NCBI GenBank assembly: GCA_963665325.3
Contig: CAXXWS020000003.1
Coordinates: 800,001 to 864,000, forward strand
Reading direction: 5' to 3'
From: Alphaproteobacteria bacterium
GTDB lineage: Bacteria > Pseudomonadota > Alphaproteobacteria > Bin95
DNA: 64,000 nucleotides
Shown: one piece after another, positions 32,878 to 42,721 of the stretch
Numbering within the stretch: position 1 is the first letter of the stretch
Layout: each line of letters opens with the position of its first letter
The notes under the pieces: generated by a model
What the model was told of the DNA's origin: nothing
Databases searched by the model: none
Seen by the model: the letters and a program-made list of their open reading frames with translations, nothing else
Position numbers and translations under genes: made by a program

Positions 32878-34911
32878 TCAGATCTCGACGGGGCCGGTCC
32901 GGGCGGCCTCGACGGGCGTTCCGGAATCCGCGCCGCCGGCCGCCCGGCCGCCGTTCGCTTCGGGCGCCGGCACCGTTTCCGTTTCGGCGGTTTTCGGTTC
33001 CGGGGCCGCTGCCTCGACCGCGCCGTCCTCCGCGACGAGCGCTTCGAGAGGCAGGCAGCCCTGGAGCGGTTCGGGTTCGGCCCCGGACGCCGGTTCGGGC
33101 TTCGCGGATTCCGCCCCGACCGCCGGTCCGGCCGCTGCCCGGGCGCTCTTGCGCGGCGCGAACCGCTCGGCGGCCCTGGGCCGCGCGACATAGTCGAGCT
33201 CGATGCTCGCGGCCGGAAGCGGGCCGGGGAACTTGAGATAGCCGGTGAGGTTGGGCAGCTGCATGATCTCGGAGGCGAGCGCCAGCGGGCGCAGCTCGCG
33301 CTTCGGCGTCAGCGAGACGCCGTCGCGGATGGTGTTGGCGCCGTAGGAGAAGCCCTCCGCGACCTCCTCGATCTCGGCCCGGCCGAGGCTCTCGGCGGAC
33401 CATGCGGCGGTGTCCTTGTCGGGCGCCGCGAGCACCACGCGGGTGCCGCAGAGCCCGGAGATGGTCTCGGCGCCGTTGCGGCCGTAGAGGTCGCGCAGCG
33501 ACGAGATCACCTGGATGCCGAGCACGAAGCAGCCGCCGAACTGGCGCGACTCGGCGAGGCCCGGCTGGAGCGACGGCACCTGGTGCAGGGTCGGCAGCTC
33601 GTCGAGCACGATCCAGACGCGCCGCCCGTCCTGCTGGTCGAGCGACAGCAGGGCGTTGACCGCGATCTCGATCCAGGTCGAGATCAGGCCCCTGAGGCTG
33701 GCGTGCTGGTCGCCGCGCGAGGTCAGGAACAGGAAGCTGCCGCCGTCCCCGGCGGCACCGGGGCGGCCGTCCTCCCGGGCGATCCAGTCGCGGATCGAGA
33801 ACGGCCCGCCGGTGTCCGGGAGGGTTTCGAGGGCGCCTATGTTGGCGGTCAGCATGGCGCGCACGCTGAGCGCGGTCTTCGGGTTCTCCGGGTCGACGAT
33901 CGACTGCGCGACGGTGCCCTCCATGGCCTCGGCGAGCGCGGTCAGGTCGGTCTTGAGCAGATGGTCGACCAGCACCCTGTTGTCGGTGACGCCGCGCTCC
34001 CGGAGCACGGCGGCGCCGTTGGCGAACAGCTGCCGCGCGGCGGTGACCCAGAACGGGTCCACCGTGTCCTTCTGCTGCGGGATCAGCGCCGCGGCCATGG
34101 TGTCGAAGTCGCGGGGATTGCGCGCCTCGAAGAACGGCGACCAGCGGGGGCTGCGGGCGTCGAGCGGGTTGAGCAGCACGTCGCGATCCGGATCGAAGAA
34201 CGAGCGGGTGTAGCTGCCCATCTTGTCGTAGATCACGCAGCGCTCGCCGCGGGCCCGGATCTGCGCCACCAAGTCCGAGATCAGCACGGTCTTGCCCGAG
34301 CCGGTGGTGCCCGAGACGATCGTGTGCTGGGTCTCGGCGCGCGCCGGATACGGCACCCCGGCGATGCGGCAGGACGCGAGCCGGGGCGACAGCGACAGCG
34401 CCGCCAGCAGCCGCGCATGGGGCGGCTCGACCCGGCGGCGCAGCTCCCGCGCCGTGACCAGCTCGGCGCCGCGCAGCCGATGCTTCCGGTTGAGCTGGAG
34501 GCCCCGGTACCAGAACAGCGCCAGGAACGCGGCGATCACGCCGGCGCCGATTTTGACGCCGAGCCACGCGCCGGCGAAGACCTCGCGCTTCAGCCGCTCG
34601 CGCACCGCCAGCGCCGGGCGCGAGGCGGCGATGTCGCGGATCGCCAGCACCGCGAGCGTGCCGTCCCGGCGGCGGACCTCCTGGCCCGAGTCCGGGCTGT
34701 AGCCCAGCGCGAGCTTGGCCTCTGCGAGCGTCACCATGCCGGCGGCGTACCATTCCGCGCCCGAGCCGTGGCGCCAGGCGTTCCAGGCCGGCACCGCGAC
34801 CACCAGCAGGGCTGCGGTCATCAGCGCCGCCTTGAACAGCTGGCTCCACATGCGCACCGCGTGAAAGAGCGTCTGGCCGCCCCGGAGCGTGCTGCTTCCC
34901 ATGCTTCTCAT
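32878..34911 (-). CDS. traD: type IV coupling protein TraD
   Basis: Two TM segments, GTTGSGKT, LNPLDARS, LDELP, ESRQFGG; GGAGG RBS. Confidence 0.95.
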   Translation of the reverse strand: MRSMGSSTLRGGQTLFHAVRMWSQLFKAALMTAALLVVAVPAWNAWRHGSGAEWYAAGMVTLAEAKLALGYSPDSGQEVRRRDGTLAVLAIRDIAASRPALAVRERLKREVFAGAWLGVKIGAGVIAAFLALFWYRGLQLNRKHRLRGAELVTARELRRRVEPPHARLLAALSLSPRLASCRIAGVPYPARAETQHTIVSGTTGSGKTVLISDLVAQIRARGERCVIYDKMGSYTRSFFDPDRDVLLNPLDARSPRWSPFFEARNPRDFDTMAAALIPQQKDTVDPFWVTAARQLFANGAAVLRERGVTDNRVLVDHLLKTDLTALAEAMEGTVAQSIVDPENPKTALSVRAMLTANIGALETLPDTGGPFSIRDWIAREDGRPGAAGDGGSFLFLTSRGDQHASLRGLISTWIEIAVNALLSLDQQDGRRVWIVLDELPTLHQVPSLQPGLAESRQFGGCFVLGIQVISSLRDLYGRNGAETISGLCGTRVVLAAPDKDTAAWSAESLGRAEIEEVAEGFSYGANTIRDGVSLTPKRELRPLALASEIMQLPNLTGYLKFPGPLPAASIELDYVARPRAAERFAPRKSARAAAGPAVGAESAKPEPASGAEPEPLQGCLPLEALVAEDGAVEAAAPEPKTAETETVPAPEANGGRAAGGADSGTPVEAARTGPVEI

Positions 34912-35109
34912 GCCGATGTCCTCCATGGCGGTTTCGAATGCGGGTCCGCCGGGTCCGGCGCGGCGAAGGCGCGCCCCCGGGGCGTTCTCCCGCCGGAGCG
35001 CCGCGCGGAGGCGGAGTCCGGCGGGGGCCGGGGCGAAGCGGACCGGGCCGGAGAAAGGCGCCGACGGCGGCGTCCGGCCGCCCGGCCTGCAGGACAGGAG
35101 GCCGCGGCC

Positions 35110-35508
35110 ATGACACGAACGGGATGCAGCGCAGGCGGCGGCCGGGCAGCGCGGCGCGGCAACGGGGGAGGGCGCCCCGATCCGGCAGGACACTCTCCCG
35201 CGAGCATCGAACGCGCCGTCGTGCTGGCGGGGTTCGCGCCCGCGATCCTCTGCACCCTCGTGCGGCTTGTCTTCGGCGCCGGCGGCGAGCTTGCCGCCGG
35301 ACTCTGGATCTCCGCGGCGCTCTGGGCCGCGCTCGCCTCCGCCGTGCTCGCGCTCCGGCGCGGCCTCCGCCATCGCGACTGGAGCGCGTTCGCCCGCTAC
35401 CGGCTGCCGGACGGGCGCGGCGAGCGCATCGACTTCGTCTCGCAGACCGGCCAGTACGCCTGGATGCGCATCGCCGAGGAGCACGAGCGCCTGATGCGCC
35501 GCGACTAG
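35110..35508 (+). CDS. small membrane protein convergent with traG, candidate entry-exclusion factor
   Basis: AGGAGG RBS; two hydrophobic helices; the only + strand gene within the tra region. Confidence 0.55.
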   Translation: MTRTGCSAGGGRAARRGNGGGRPDPAGHSPASIERAVVLAGFAPAILCTLVRLVFGAGGELAAGLWISAALWAALASAVLALRRGLRHRDWSAFARYRLPDGRGERIDFVSQTGQYAWMRIAEEHERLMRRD

Positions 35509-35516
35509 GGGCTCCG

Positions 35517-38429
35517 TCACGGCGAGCTGTCGCCCCAGCCCCGCTCGTCGGCCGGCCGGCCCGTGTCTGCCTTCGGGGCGCCGTCCGGCGCGGCGTTCCG
35601 GGCCGAGCCGTAGAGCTTGCCGGCGAGCCAGTCGCCGATCACCGGCACGTCCTTCGCCGCATGCTCGCCGAACGGCCTGTTCACCTCGACGGCGGTCCCG
35701 GCGCGGCCTTCGGCGGCCTCCTGCTTCGTCACCGTTTCCCGCGCGCCGCGCGCGGCGCCGCGCATGACGAGATCGGTCTCGGTTTCCACGCGCTCGTCCC
35801 GCGCCCGAGCGCCGGTCTCGCCCGGCTCCGGCGCGCCGGCCGCGCGCGCACGGTCGCGCACGCCTTCCGCCCAGCCGGCATGGGCGGCCCCGGTCTCGCG
35901 CGCATAGGCGTCGCCCAGCCGGTTCCGGGCAGCGTCGTATTCGGGCTGGCCGCCGACGGACGCCGGGTCGGGACGGGCCGGCTCGGGAAAGCGTTCGGCG
36001 ACGAAGGCGGCGGCATGGTCCCGCAGCTGCTCCGCATCCTCCGCCGTCTGGGGCGAGGCGATGCGCATGGCCCCGGCGGCGCCGATCGGCCGGCCGTCGG
36101 CGCCCTCGCGCTCGGAGAGCCAGGCGAAGAAGGGCTGGCCGAGTTCGCGTTCGATCGCCTGGGCGTCGCTGCGCACCCGCGCCGCCTGGTCGGACCAGCT
36201 CTCGGACTCCTGCCGCGCGAGCGAGGCCCGTTCGCCGTAGCTGCGCATCCGCGTCAGGTTGGCGCCGAGGCTCTCCTCCAGGCTCGCCAGCTCGCTGTCG
36301 CCGGTCTGGGTCGAGTAGCGCTTCGAGGCCTCCTCGACCCGGGACCACAGCCCGGTCACCCCGTGCTGGCGGTCGTATTCCCGGATCCGGTTCCAGGCGT
36401 CCTGCTCGATGGTCTGGCCGCGCCACATGGCGGAGCCGTCGGCGCCGACCCTGACGATGAAATCCCATCCGCCCCCGATCCTGGCCTCCCCGGTGAGCGC
36501 CGCGGCCTGGTTCTTGCTGATCCCGCCGATCTCGGAGAGTTTCTCGATATGCGAATCGAGTTCCTGCGCCTGCCGGCTCTCGCTCTCGGTCGCGCCGCGC
36601 GCATGGGCCTCGCCGGTGCTGACGTCATGGGAGTAGCGCTGCACCAGGGCGGTGGCGTCGGTCGCCGCGGCGGTGCGCGCCGTGGCCGCCTCGGCGGACC
36701 AGTTCCGGGCCATGGACCGGGCCTGGCCCGCGCGCTCCTCGTGGGAGGCGGCGAGCGACTCCGACAGCCTGACCCCGGCCGCCGGAATCCGGCTGGTGGC
36801 GCTGCCGGCGTCCGCCACCGCGGTGCCGTCGCCGGTGACGGTGAATCCGGCGCCGGCCGGCGCATAGCCCGTGTAGCGGTCGGTGTCGACATGGGCCGAG
36901 GTGCGGACCTGGCGGCCTTCGAGGGTGGCGAAGCGGTGGGTGTCGGTCTGCGTGTTGGCCAGCGACAGGTTGCCGGTCGTGCCCTCATGCGCGGCCGAAC
37001 TCGCCGCGTCCTGGCCGACCGCGAGCACCGACGTGGCCAGGACCGTCGCCTTGGAGAGCCCGTAGGCCAGCGCGGCGGCCAGGAACGGCACCGACATCGA
37101 GAGATAGCCCGACATCACGGCGACGTCCGACGCCACCGCCCTGATGCCGGCCTGGGCGACCAGCGAGATGCCGATGTCGCCCCCCGGCATCGCCGCCGCC
37201 GCGCTCATCCGTTCGGCCGCCTCGCCCATCGAGATGCGGTGCAGCACGGCGTAGAGCGGGCCCCACGACTGGAGCCAGACCAGCCCCGTCACATAGGAGC
37301 GGAAGATCGCCGTCCCCGCCGGCGTCAGCATCAGCAGCACCGCCATCGGGAAGGCGCCGACATAGAGGCACTCGAAGACGATCCGGAGCAGCGGCACCCA
37401 GGTCTCGGCCTGCCTGCCGATCGCCCGGTAGGCCGAGACGGTCTGGGCTTCGGCCCTCGCTTCGGTATAGGCGCGCAGGGCGGCGGCGTTGCCGGCCTCC
37501 GCCGCCCATTGCTCGCCGGCGTCGTGGACGGCGTTCAGCACCATCTGCTGGCGCATGATCTCGCCCGCGTTGCGCGCGGCGCCGATCAGGAAGTCGTGGG
37601 CGGCCGGCAGCGCCGCCAGCAGCTCGGCGCGGGCCAGCGCCTCGGTGCGCGCGTCCGGGAAAATGCGCCGCCCGAAGATCGTGCCCGCGCGCTGGATCTC
37701 CGCATTCCACTGCCCGCCCAGCCGCGCCGCGCCGTCGCGGCAGGTGACGATGGTGCGGTCGACGGTCGTGGCGCCGCCGGCGCCGGGCGCGCCGCGCGCG
37801 GCGAACTCGAACATGCGCGCGGGCGAGGCCCCGGCCGACGGCGAGCCCGCGGCCGTCACCAGGCGCCAGACGTCGGTCGACTCCCGGAGGTCGTCGGCGG
37901 TGATGTGGCCGAGCAGCAGCGCGTGGAACACGCATTGCCGGGCATAGTTCCGGAGATTGCGCGCGAACACCGCGTCGGTCACTTCCAGCCGGGTCGCCGC
38001 CGCCGCGAGCCGGGCCCCGAAGATCAGCCCGTGGCGCTGGTAGGCGAGGTCGTTCGGCAGGGTGAAGGCCTGTTCTGTGAGCCGCGTCAGCCCGTCGCCC
38101 ACCTGGGAGGTCAGCGAGGCGAACAGCGCGAGGCCGATCGGCACGTTGGCGACCACGGCCGGCGCCAGCGCCGGATCGAGCCGGTCGACCACCCGCACGG
38201 TCGCCTTCGGCACGATCATCGCGCCCCAGACGACGACGAACAGCAGCACCCACTTCGCGTTGTCCTTCCACGAGCCGCCGAAGGCGGTGCGGAACAGCAC
38301 CCAGCCGAGACCGGCGACGCCGGCGAGCTGGGCCAGCACCATGTAGGCCCCGCCCGAGGTAATCGCGGCGACCGCGTTCAGGAGATCGACAAGATAGGTC
38401 CCGCCGCCGAGGGTGAAGAACTCGTACAT
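35517..38429 (-). CDS. traG: F-type TraG
   Basis: 970 aa; MYEFFTLGGG..L..LLNAVA, VANVPIGLA, WLQSWGPLYAVL. Confidence 0.93.
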   Translation of the reverse strand: MYEFFTLGGGTYLVDLLNAVAAITSGGAYMVLAQLAGVAGLGWVLFRTAFGGSWKDNAKWVLLFVVVWGAMIVPKATVRVVDRLDPALAPAVVANVPIGLALFASLTSQVGDGLTRLTEQAFTLPNDLAYQRHGLIFGARLAAAATRLEVTDAVFARNLRNYARQCVFHALLLGHITADDLRESTDVWRLVTAAGSPSAGASPARMFEFAARGAPGAGGATTVDRTIVTCRDGAARLGGQWNAEIQRAGTIFGRRIFPDARTEALARAELLAALPAAHDFLIGAARNAGEIMRQQMVLNAVHDAGEQWAAEAGNAAALRAYTEARAEAQTVSAYRAIGRQAETWVPLLRIVFECLYVGAFPMAVLLMLTPAGTAIFRSYVTGLVWLQSWGPLYAVLHRISMGEAAERMSAAAAMPGGDIGISLVAQAGIRAVASDVAVMSGYLSMSVPFLAAALAYGLSKATVLATSVLAVGQDAASSAAHEGTTGNLSLANTQTDTHRFATLEGRQVRTSAHVDTDRYTGYAPAGAGFTVTGDGTAVADAGSATSRIPAAGVRLSESLAASHEERAGQARSMARNWSAEAATARTAAATDATALVQRYSHDVSTGEAHARGATESESRQAQELDSHIEKLSEIGGISKNQAAALTGEARIGGGWDFIVRVGADGSAMWRGQTIEQDAWNRIREYDRQHGVTGLWSRVEEASKRYSTQTGDSELASLEESLGANLTRMRSYGERASLARQESESWSDQAARVRSDAQAIERELGQPFFAWLSEREGADGRPIGAAGAMRIASPQTAEDAEQLRDHAAAFVAERFPEPARPDPASVGGQPEYDAARNRLGDAYARETGAAHAGWAEGVRDRARAAGAPEPGETGARARDERVETETDLVMRGAARGARETVTKQEAAEGRAGTAVEVNRPFGEHAAKDVPVIGDWLAGKLYGSARNAAPDGAPKADTGRPADERGWGDSSP

Positions 38430-38441
38430 TATATATGGGGC

Positions 38442-39956
38442 CTACCGGGATCCGGCCCCGGCGCCGCCGCGCGCGAACGCCAGAGCGGCCCGCAGATCGG
38501 CGCTGAGCGCGCCAGCCAGCTCGGTCTCGATCAGCCGGAGCTTCTCGACCACCGCGAGCGCGGTGTTGAGCCGCTGGAGGCCCTGGTGGCGGTGCCGCGC
38601 CAGCGCGACGCGGTTGGACCGGAGCCCCTCGCGCCAGCGCCGGAGCTGTTCCCCGTCGGCGATGTCGAGCGTGCCGGCGCGCTCCTCGACCGTGCGGTGC
38701 AGGTCGGTGATCCAGACCTGCATGACGTCGAGCGCCACGGCCTCGGCGAGCGCGTCCATCTCCTGGTCGATCACCGCGCCGCGATAGGCCGCCGCCGTGT
38801 TGGCGACCCGGTAGACCGGCAGCGTGGTGAGGTTGACCAGCCCCAGCGCCGCGGCGGGCGGCGCGGTGTCCGTCCTGACCGCGTCGACCAGGTCGCGCAG
38901 CAGTTCGGCGACGCGCGCCCGGAAGCCGCGATTGGCGGGGACGGTCACCGTGCCGAGGGTGGGGTTGAGGCAGGCGGCTGTGGTGTCGCAGCGGTAGACC
39001 GGGAGCGCCCCGCCGCCCTCCATCAGCGTCTCGGTCACGCGCCGGTCGAGCGCGAGCGGCTCCAGGATGCGCACGCGGGGTCCCGAGGCGTCCGCATCGG
39101 AGGTCGGCGCGGTCACGATCAGGGTGCCGGTGACCGCCATGGCGAACTCGGCGAGCTGGGTGTCGCCCGCGAGGAACGCCGACGCCCGGATCGCCTTCCA
39201 GGCGTAGTTGACGTTGACCGGCACCTGGTCGGCCATCGCCCCGGAGGCCGACGCCAGGGTCGAGTTCCGCTTGCCGTCCGCGCCGCAGCCGTGCTTGGCG
39301 GCGGCATAGTCCGAGAAGATGCCCTGCGAGGTGCCGATCGCCGCGCAGATCGACGCGCTCGCCCGGTCGTTCTTCGACCAGGCGGCGCCGACCAGCGCCT
39401 GCGCGGTCTCGCAGCTGTTCAGGTTCTGGCTGTTGACCCACTGCGCCAATGCCCGGAGCTTGGCCATGGTCTCGGCGATCACCGGCGAAATGGTCTCCAG
39501 CGCGAGCTCGAAGGCGAAGCCGGCGGCGTTCTGGGCGACCGCGCGCCCAAAGGCGATGAGCTGGTCCGAGTTGATGAACGAGAACGCCCCGGCAAAGGCG
39601 TCGATGCCGCCGCAGCCGGCCCGGAAGCTCGGCAGGTTGACGGTGGCGATCTGCTCCGAGCGCACCGGGGCGCGGAGGTAGAGGTTGCCGAGCGTCCAGT
39701 GCCCGGAGGCCTGGCCCTGGAACGCCGTCGGCCCCGTCGTGTTGACCGCCGCGCCGCGCCAGAAGTTCGTCATTTCCGACAGCACGTCGGCGCGCGCCGG
39801 AGCGGCCGCAAGAAGGACGGCGGCGAGCAGGCCGGCCGATGCGGCGGCCCAGGGGATAGCCCACCGGAACCGCTGTTGTATACCGGACGGCCGCCATCGA
39901 CACGTCGAGCATACGGTATACAAACGGAACTGTATTCGGGATTCCCTAATAGTCAT
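38442..39956 (-). CDS. traH: F-type TraH (start uncertain)
   Basis: AGCGGIDAFAGAFSFIN, NSCETAQALV. Confidence 0.93.
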   Translation of the reverse strand: MTIRESRIQFRLYTVCSTCRWRPSGIQQRFRWAIPWAAASAGLLAAVLLAAAPARADVLSEMTNFWRGAAVNTTGPTAFQGQASGHWTLGNLYLRAPVRSEQIATVNLPSFRAGCGGIDAFAGAFSFINSDQLIAFGRAVAQNAAGFAFELALETISPVIAETMAKLRALAQWVNSQNLNSCETAQALVGAAWSKNDRASASICAAIGTSQGIFSDYAAAKHGCGADGKRNSTLASASGAMADQVPVNVNYAWKAIRASAFLAGDTQLAEFAMAVTGTLIVTAPTSDADASGPRVRILEPLALDRRVTETLMEGGGALPVYRCDTTAACLNPTLGTVTVPANRGFRARVAELLRDLVDAVRTDTAPPAAALGLVNLTTLPVYRVANTAAAYRGAVIDQEMDALAEAVALDVMQVWITDLHRTVEERAGTLDIADGEQLRRWREGLRSNRVALARHRHQGLQRLNTALAVVEKLRLIETELAGALSADLRAALAFARGGAGAGSR

Positions 39957-40791
39957 GGCCGGGCTCCAGGGCGGTGAGCGTGAATATCCGGTCCGCCAGC
40001 TGGTCCTCGGCCATGACGCCGAAGCCGACCGGCAGCACCTGTTTCGTCTTCGTGTCGAACAGCACGACGGCGGGCACCGGGGCGCCGGCGAGGCCGAGCT
40101 TCGCGGCGCGCCCGTTGTCGGGGACGGCCTCGGGCCAGCCCTCCAGCGCCTCGCCGCTGAGCGACACCGCCAGCACGTCGAGCCCGTGGCGCATGGCGAA
40201 GGCGCGCAGCAGCGGGCCGAACACCTTGCATCCGGCGCAGCCGGCGTGGCCGAGATAGATCAACCCGTAACGCTCCCCGAGCTTCGCCAGCGCGCCGGCC
40301 ACCGCCTTCCGCCGCCCGTCGGACCAGAGGCGCTTGGCGAGCGCGCCGACCGGGCGCTTCAGCGTGTAGTCCACCTCCGGCGTCGCCCACACCGTGCGCC
40401 GGAAGGCGTCGGAGAAGGCGGCTGCGCGCTGGAGCGTCTCCTGCTGAAGCCGCAGGTAGGCGGTCACGTTCGCGGTGGAGGGATCGAGGATCGCCGCCGC
40501 CCGCGTTTCCTCCAGGCGCTTCCGCATCTCTTCGATGAGGTCCGTCGCGGGCCGTCCGTCCGGAACGGTCGGCGCGGGCGCCGTTTCCGTTGGCTCCGGC
40601 TCGTCCTCGCGGTCGCAATAGAAATGCCAACCGAGGGAGGAACCCGATCCGGGGGCCTGCCCCGCGCTCGACCCGGGGTTGCCGCACCAGGAGCGCCACT
40701 CCGCTGCGCTCGACGAGGCGGTAGAGAGCAGCAGCGTCAGGCCCGCCCAGACGCCCATCGCCGCAACGGCGTATTTCGCGGCGCGGCCCAT
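39946..40791 (-). CDS. traF: F-type TraF (thioredoxin-like)
   Basis: LGWHFYC, AILDPS..NV..Y, CAGC, PVPAVVL. Confidence 0.9.
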   Translation of the reverse strand: MGRAAKYAVAAMGVWAGLTLLLSTASSSAAEWRSWCGNPGSSAGQAPGSGSSLGWHFYCDREDEPEPTETAPAPTVPDGRPATDLIEEMRKRLEETRAAAILDPSTANVTAYLRLQQETLQRAAAFSDAFRRTVWATPEVDYTLKRPVGALAKRLWSDGRRKAVAGALAKLGERYGLIYLGHAGCAGCKVFGPLLRAFAMRHGLDVLAVSLSGEALEGWPEAVPDNGRAAKLGLAGAPVPAVVLFDTKTKQVLPVGFGVMAEDQLADRIFTLTALEPGHDY

Positions 40792-41939
40792 TACCGGCCC
40801 CGCCTGTAGAAGTCGCGGATGCGCCCGCGCATCGCGGCCCTTGTGTCGCCGCCGTCGGGCAGCGACACCGACGGCTCCATAGACCCGTCCATCAGGTTCT
40901 CGGTGAACTCCGAGAGGTCGAGCCGGTCGAAGTCGATCCGCTCGACCTCCGCCACCGTCAGCCCCCGGCAGCTGCCCCAGCCGATGCCGAGCTGGGTGCG
41001 CCCCTGCTGCTGCAGGATGCGCCCGAGCTTCGAGCCGAACACGCACCAGGCCCGCGCCCGGCGGATGCAGACGCCGAACAGGGTGCGCTTCGCGCAGTAG
41101 GCGCCGAGATAGTGGGTGTTGCCGCCGCGGCGCTCCTTCGCCAGCTCGATCTCGTCCCGGCTGCACCCGGCCATCCCGACCAGTGCGCCGGAGTTCTTGC
41201 AGCAGTTGGCGAGCCCGAACAGGCGGATCGTGCAGGCCCGGCGCTGGCCGGTGAAGAAGCGCATGGCGCCGCGGTCGAACTCGTCGCCGCCCAGCTCGAC
41301 CGCCATGTTGAGCCGGGAGGCGGCGTCGACGAACCCGGTGTTGGCCTCGGGCCGGACGGTCTCGCAGTCCGCTCCGACGCAGTACGTCACCCGCCCGCAG
41401 GATCCGCCGGCGTCGGCATCCGCGACCCGCGCTTTGCAGTCGTCGACGCCGCCCGAGGCGAGCCCGCCCGCGCCGTGGGCGGGCGCCTGCGGGTCGGCCG
41501 CGACGGTTTCGCCGCGCGCGATCTCCGGATCGCCCGCCGCGACCGGCCTGTCCGGCCGGGTCAGCGTCCCCTCGATCACCATGCGCCCGGCCTGGCCGCC
41601 GGGATCGCCGGGGTCGGCAAGCCGCGCTCGGGCGGCGTCTTCCATGCCGCCCGCCGTCACGCTGCGCTCGGGCACGTCCGTGCCGGCGTAACCCGGGACC
41701 GTGGCGGCGTTCGAGGCGTCCCTGGCGACCGCGCCGGCCGCCGCCGCGCCCGCATTGCCGATGGCGCGGGCCGCCGCTTTCGGGTCCCCTGCCCCGGACA
41801 ACGATCCGGGGTCCGCCTGCGCGGCTCCGCCGAGGACGATCCACAGCAGGAACCCGAACACGGCCGCGATGAGCGCCCAGGCGAGCAGACGGGTCGTCCG
41901 CGGCGCCCGCGTCCTCCGGAACACACGTCGCCCGGTCAT
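40791..41939 (-). CDS. traN: TraN mating-pair stabilisation protein (short, 382 aa)
   Basis: FFTGQRRAC...NCC, YLGAYC, WCVFGSKLGRILQQQGR.QL, CRGLT, IDFDRLDLSEF. Confidence 0.9.
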   Translation of the reverse strand: MTGRRVFRRTRAPRTTRLLAWALIAAVFGFLLWIVLGGAAQADPGSLSGAGDPKAAARAIGNAGAAAAGAVARDASNAATVPGYAGTDVPERSVTAGGMEDAARARLADPGDPGGQAGRMVIEGTLTRPDRPVAAGDPEIARGETVAADPQAPAHGAGGLASGGVDDCKARVADADAGGSCGRVTYCVGADCETVRPEANTGFVDAASRLNMAVELGGDEFDRGAMRFFTGQRRACTIRLFGLANCCKNSGALVGMAGCSRDEIELAKERRGGNTHYLGAYCAKRTLFGVCIRRARAWCVFGSKLGRILQQQGRTQLGIGWGSCRGLTVAEVERIDFDRLDLSEFTENLMDGSMEPSVSLPDGGDTRAAMRGRIRDFYRRGR

Positions 41940-42721
41940 CGCCGGTCTCCGTTCATGCGTTCGAGATGCGCCTTCGCGACCTCGCGGCCCGCATCGCCCT
42001 CGGCGGCGACCGCCTCCAGTGCGGCCGCGAGGCCGATGTTCCCGGCGACGAGATCGTGCGGCGGGGCAGGATCGGCCGTGCAGCCCCGGCTCCGGCAGGG
42101 CGGGACGCCGCCCGGCGCGACGACCACGGCGGGCACGCGCCCGATGCCGAACAGGCGGAACAGGCGCGGGTCGATGGCAACGCCGGCCTTCGCCCCGCCG
42201 AGGCGCTCGCCGATCCGTTTCGCGGTGTCTGCCAGACCGCCGGCGCCGACGCCGCGCAGCACCAGCGGCGCGCCGAGGCGCGCGGCGTCGCGCGCCCACT
42301 GCCGCCAGCTCGCAGGCGGAACCGACAGGCTGGTGAAGATGAGGATTTCGGCAGTGTTGGAGCGCGACCCCGCAAACGCGGTGGAATGACGTTCGGCCGG
42401 GAGCGGGGCCGGGGAGGCTCTCCCGCCCGCGCCCTCACCGGCATCGACACCGGCATCGACCCCGGCAGCGGTCCCGGATGCCGCCTTGCCGGCCCGTTCG
42501 AGCGCACGCTCGACGATTTCGCGGGTCCACGCGCCGAGCCCGCCATCGCCCGCCTCGCGCCGCACCTCGGCCGCCAGGTCGCGGGCAAGATTTTCCGGCA
42601 CCGACGACGTGTCATCGGCCCGCACCGGACAGGCGCACGCGCCCAGCAGAAGGACGGCCGCCAGCCCGGCGAGGACGGCGCCCCTGCGGGGCGGTTTCGG
42701 CGAATTCAGAGTGCGCAGCAA
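41936..42721 (-). CDS. trbC: F-type TrbC pilus assembly protein
   Basis: IFTSLSVP, LVLRG, IDPRLFRLFGIGRVPAVV, VAGNIGLAAALE; TTG start inferred. Confidence 0.88.
   Translation of the reverse strand: MLRTLNSPKPPRRGAVLAGLAAVLLLGACACPVRADDTSSVPENLARDLAAEVRREAGDGGLGAWTREIVERALERAGKAASGTAAGVDAGVDAGEGAGGRASPAPLPAERHSTAFAGSRSNTAEILIFTSLSVPPASWRQWARDAARLGAPLVLRGVGAGGLADTAKRIGERLGGAKAGVAIDPRLFRLFGIGRVPAVVVAPGGVPPCRSRGCTADPAPPHDLVAGNIGLAAALEAVAAEGDAGREVAKAHLERMNGDRR

Noticed and set aside
29921-36468. 1731-aa relaxase and 1196-aa TraD as listed in the ORF track
   Set aside because: The N-terminal extensions are GC-rich read-through overlapping other genes; family motifs and RBSs place the starts at 32860 and 34911
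34938-39977. 1679-aa + strand ORF and similar long antisense ORFs (e.g. 46743-49637)
   Set aside because: Shadow frames of traG, traH and traC with Arg/Gly/Pro-rich composition typical of high-GC DNA
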